Below are positions 60,158 to 64,000 of a stretch of 64,000 nucleotides of DNA, piece after piece. Under the pieces are notes generated by a model. It was not told the origin of the DNA and searched no databases. It saw only the letters and a program-made list of their open reading frames with translations. Origin of the DNA: Thalia democratica (Eukaryota); the NCBI GenBank assembly GCA_965202585.1, contig OZ241833.1, forward strand, positions 28,954,001-29,018,000. The letters are read 5' to 3'. The translations under genes and the position numbers were made by a program. Positions within the stretch are counted from its first letter, which is position 1, and each line of letters opens with the position of its first letter.

Positions 60158-60944
60158 TTAATTGTACATTGAAGAGTAATCTAGTTGTTTCAACTACTAG
60201 TTTTTTTCAATAAATACTAAAGTGACACTTCAATCTTTGTATAATAATTTTTGTTTTAACTAGAAATTTTTGTTTAATTTTTTTGAATAATGATAATAGT
60301 TAAAATTACCTAATCAGTGTGCAATAAAACATTGACAGTTCAGCAATGGATGCGTTCAGAGAACTTCAAATAAAAAACATGCATTTATTAATTGATATTT
60401 AAACATTTACAGAAAAATTGAAATGACACTTTGAAACAACTTTTGGTAATATCATGTTGAATATAACATTAATACTCTAAATAAATTTATTAGTTTTTAT
60501 ACTTTAAATTTTTAAAACAAAAAAGATCAAAATAGAAAACAATGAATTGATAAATTACCAGAAATATTTTCTAAAATAACAACGTGAGCTTATAATAAAA
60601 AACCTTAAACTAAAAAATGATAAATATTTTAGATAGCATAAGTGTAGTTTTGCAATAATATTTTACCAACAAGTTATACTTTTTTATAATAAAATTAAAC
60701 TACTCCCTTCTTATTTATTATTGATTTCTATGTTGCTTTTTTTGTTGTTGATTTTTCAGAAAAGGCAACAAGAAAAATATGAATGAAAAAGAGCAAAAAA
60801 ATAATCTTAAGGAAAGAGATTAAGTGGTTCCTGTGGTCAGTAATGGCAGTAATGGGTAAGAAAATAATACAGTTTTTTAAACATCTTTACTAAATAATTT
60901 ATTATAAAACATTAAAGTTAGTACAAAATGTTTATTCTTTTTTA

Positions 60945-61045
60945 GTTTGTTTATTTATTTAATATCTATTTTATTTATTATACTTACTTATTTATTTGTT
61001 TATTTATTTATTTATTTTATTTTATTTTATTTATTTTTTTTTTTT
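60945..61045. repeat. (TTTA)n/(TTTTA)n microsatellite
   Basis: Direct reading of the sequence. Confidence 0.8.
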
Positions 61046-64000
61046 TGAGTTTTGAACCAAGTTAATACTAAAAAAAGTTGTAGAACACTTATTATTTTAT
61101 TGATTTTAGTGTTAATGTATACGTATATTTTATTTTTTTTTAATACAAATAGTTACTTTTTTTCCTACTTACAGTTTTTCTTTAGTCTAGCTTTTTTTTT
61201 CTAGAACTAAATACTTTAAATTAGATATCGGTTTATCTGATTTTGCAACAGCTGATTGTGAGTTCACACTGGTGGCAGTGATCACATGATTGGATTGTTG
61301 ATGTGTTTTTTGTTGTAGCGCCGGTGGACACTTACTTGGGGATTTGAGCTTCATCGTTTTTCCCACACTTTGTGGTTTTTGATGTTGAGATTTTAGCCTT
61401 GTGAGTGTTTGCCAAATGGCGTGTCACCAAGGGTTTTGTTTTTTGAATAAAGGGTTAGGATTAGTTTTTTATTTTTGGTTAGTTAAACATTTTTGTTTTG
61501 TTTTTTTTTTTTTTGTTTTTAGACAGATTTAGTTTTATTTTTAATTAAAAAGTAATTTTTTTTCTTAGTAAATTTAAAAGATAGGGCAGGTGGAATAACA
61601 CGTGATGAGCTGAAACTCACTTGCATGACCTTCAGAAAACGTTTATCGTTGTAGAGGGGAGAGTGGGTTCTTCTGATGTTTTTCTACCTTTAAAAAAAAA
61701 AAAAAAAAAAAACATAATCTATAAGTTTTTATTTTCTTTACTAAAAAAACTAAAACAGTTCAAAACAGTTTTTAAAAGCAAATGGTGTGTAACTGAAAGC
61801 CTTATGTCAAACTAATTCAAAAGCCAAAGATGTGAGCCTCTACATTTCTGTTTATTTATAAAAGACAAATTTATAAATTGAACCAAGCATGCAAAGCTTA
61901 CTTTATTTTAAGTTTCTAGATAGGGAAACTTATTTTCATACAATGGTATATTAAATATGATAAAGTTTGTTATCTGGGACCTGAGTTTAACATGTTACGT
62001 CGTTACCTTCCATTACAGGAGTTAGATAACGTTAAATAATATTTGAGTTCAAGTAGTTTAATTAGTAAACTTGTAAGTATAAAACGAATATTATACAAGT
62101 AAACTAGCTTATTGCAAAAAAAAAAAAAAAACAGAACAACATCAAATAAAAAATACAAAAACGAAAACTTAAAAAATAACTAGTATCAGCTCAAGAGGGA
62201 AATGAGTTCCTAACAGTTTTCTTATGAATTTCTAACATGTTCAGTCACAAAACATCATAAATGTTTCAATATGTAAGTAGTCCAGAAGAAAAAAAACTAT
62301 AACGTTCAATGTTCAAAAGTTTTCGCTAAAAAATAATTTATAATTTAAGTAGTTTTAAAAGTATGTTTTACTACATTTACAAAAAAAAAGCAGTATAGAT
62401 ATTTCTTAAAGAAATTTTACTAAAAGAGAATCAGAAATTTACAAAAACTTTAAATTATAAACAGATATAGACTTTAAAAATTTTGATGCATTAATAAATA
62501 GTTGCTATAGAGTTTCTTATAATACAATTGCTATAACGAACCTTTCAACTTGTCATCTTTCAAGTCTCTTCTAAAGAAAGCATCTACTTAGAATATCTAC
62601 CGCAAACTCCAGCACAACTTTGTCCACCTTTAATCTTTGCCCATTTCTCACAACTTCCAATTTTGTAACCTCACCAAATTCCTAAAAAAAAAAAAAGGCC
62701 TTGCTTTTCATTAAGTTGCTAAAATTACCAAGATTAAGATGAATAAGTAGTTATTTTAACAATACTAAAACAAACGTAATGGACTTAATTGTTTTAAATA
62801 AAATCCCAACTCAAAATTTTTACAAAACGTAAGTTCTGAACATTCATTGCAGAATAAAACACCATTTTTTCCAGTTAAATTTTCCTATTTGTTGGCTAGA
62901 CAGATAAACTAATAATATGTCACACAATTTCTAATGACTTTTCACATTCATTAACTACCACTCACTTAAGAAAAATGCTAGTTAATGAACTATACGTTGT
63001 ACAACTGTCTTAATTAAACGAATGTAAATGTCATAATTTTTATGTGTGGAACAACTGAACAACAGTTTTTAATACATATGTAAAAAAGTGTGATTCTATA
63101 AAATGTTTATTTTTTATAAATTTAAAGTATCATTTAAGTTATTACTATTTGTCTGTCAATTTTAACGATTTTTAAAATTTCAATGTTTTATCAAAACCTG
63201 TATTTATATCCACTTATATAATCGATTTTATAAAGCTGACTTATTCAAATAATAAAACTTAAAAACAATTTTTTTGAACTAATCACAGTTTTCGAAATTA
63301 ACGTAGTTCAAAATAATATGGAGTCAAAAATCATTTTAAAACTTTATTTGAAACTTTTCTTAAAATTAAACAAGTTTAAGCGCACCCTCTTACAATTTTA
63401 ACTTATTCATAAATAAATATCTCTCTATTGAGGATTTTTACGGTTGAATTAACTATAAAGTAAAAGGAACTATAGAACAAAAATTTTTAGGACTGTGGAA
63501 ATAACATAAGAAAAATGTAATTAGCTATTTGTGGTGAAAAAGCTGTACGATATTGCTTTGAAATAGGATATGACTATTAGTTTGTTAGGGTCCCAGTCTA
63601 CCAAAAGCTTGTGGTCTGATGATCTAAGTGACATTATAAGAGCTTTATGTTAACTCTTAGCTTTTCCTTACTAAAACTTTGAAACTTAAATTAAAAATTA
63701 TGTAATTCAACCAATAATGAAGTTTTATTTTATATATATACTATACTTAAAAGAGCATGCAAATCATTTTCAACAACATCTTAAGCTAAAAGTATTAATT
63801 AGTATAGAAGTTGTAGCAAAATATACAAACTACTGAAGTTACAAAGAAAAGGTCTTTTTGCAATCGAACTTTTTTGTTTAAAACTAGCTAGTATTTATTT
63901 TTGCTCTAACTAGAACAAGTAAGTCAGCTATTTATGTAACGAAACTATCCAATTGATATAAATTATATGTACATTTGTACTGAAAAAATATTGTTAAAAA

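Larger units (their letters stand above)
56330..60300 (-). mobile_element. Degenerate Penelope-like retroelement (RT plus GIY-YIG), split by two nested MITE insertions
   Basis: RT motifs LKFDIIYFYLSI (~58990-59025), VTMEGKHGAKICKIVGLYILN (~58775-58840) and VGIYRDDG (YRDD 57448-57459); then WFNSPY..TNIGRNF..KVSYSC, CNC, VIYEAKI..VYIGLTEN, CKLC. Many stops. Outer limits are approximate. Confidence 0.8.

Overview
AT-rich metazoan (probably invertebrate) genomic DNA with GT-AG introns, patchily GC-rich exons and one 100-N gap (37226-37325). The core is a minus-strand trio: EIF2B1 (intronless CDS), TDRD3 (intronless CDS) and a >=20-exon REV3L (DNA polymerase zeta catalytic subunit, 25051-45504). 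A plus-strand gene encoding three tandem divergent homeodomains is nested in a REV3L intron. About 11 kb of the 17.3-30.6 kb region is re-copied at 1.4-12.8 kb in shuffled block order. That copy carries an in-frame 5-exon REV3L 3' fragment and a second homeobox gene. A third homeobox fragment at 13.9-14.35 kb is fused to a 27-bp piece templated from a REV3L exon. An orphan C-type-lectin-like terminal exon sits at 16.2-16.7 kb. The rest is TE debris: three Penelope-like relics, MITEs with 6-bp, 8-bp, 9-bp, TA and TTAA target duplications, long foldbacks and a ~167-bp tandem repeat. All alignments and counts were done by eye; no database searches were run.
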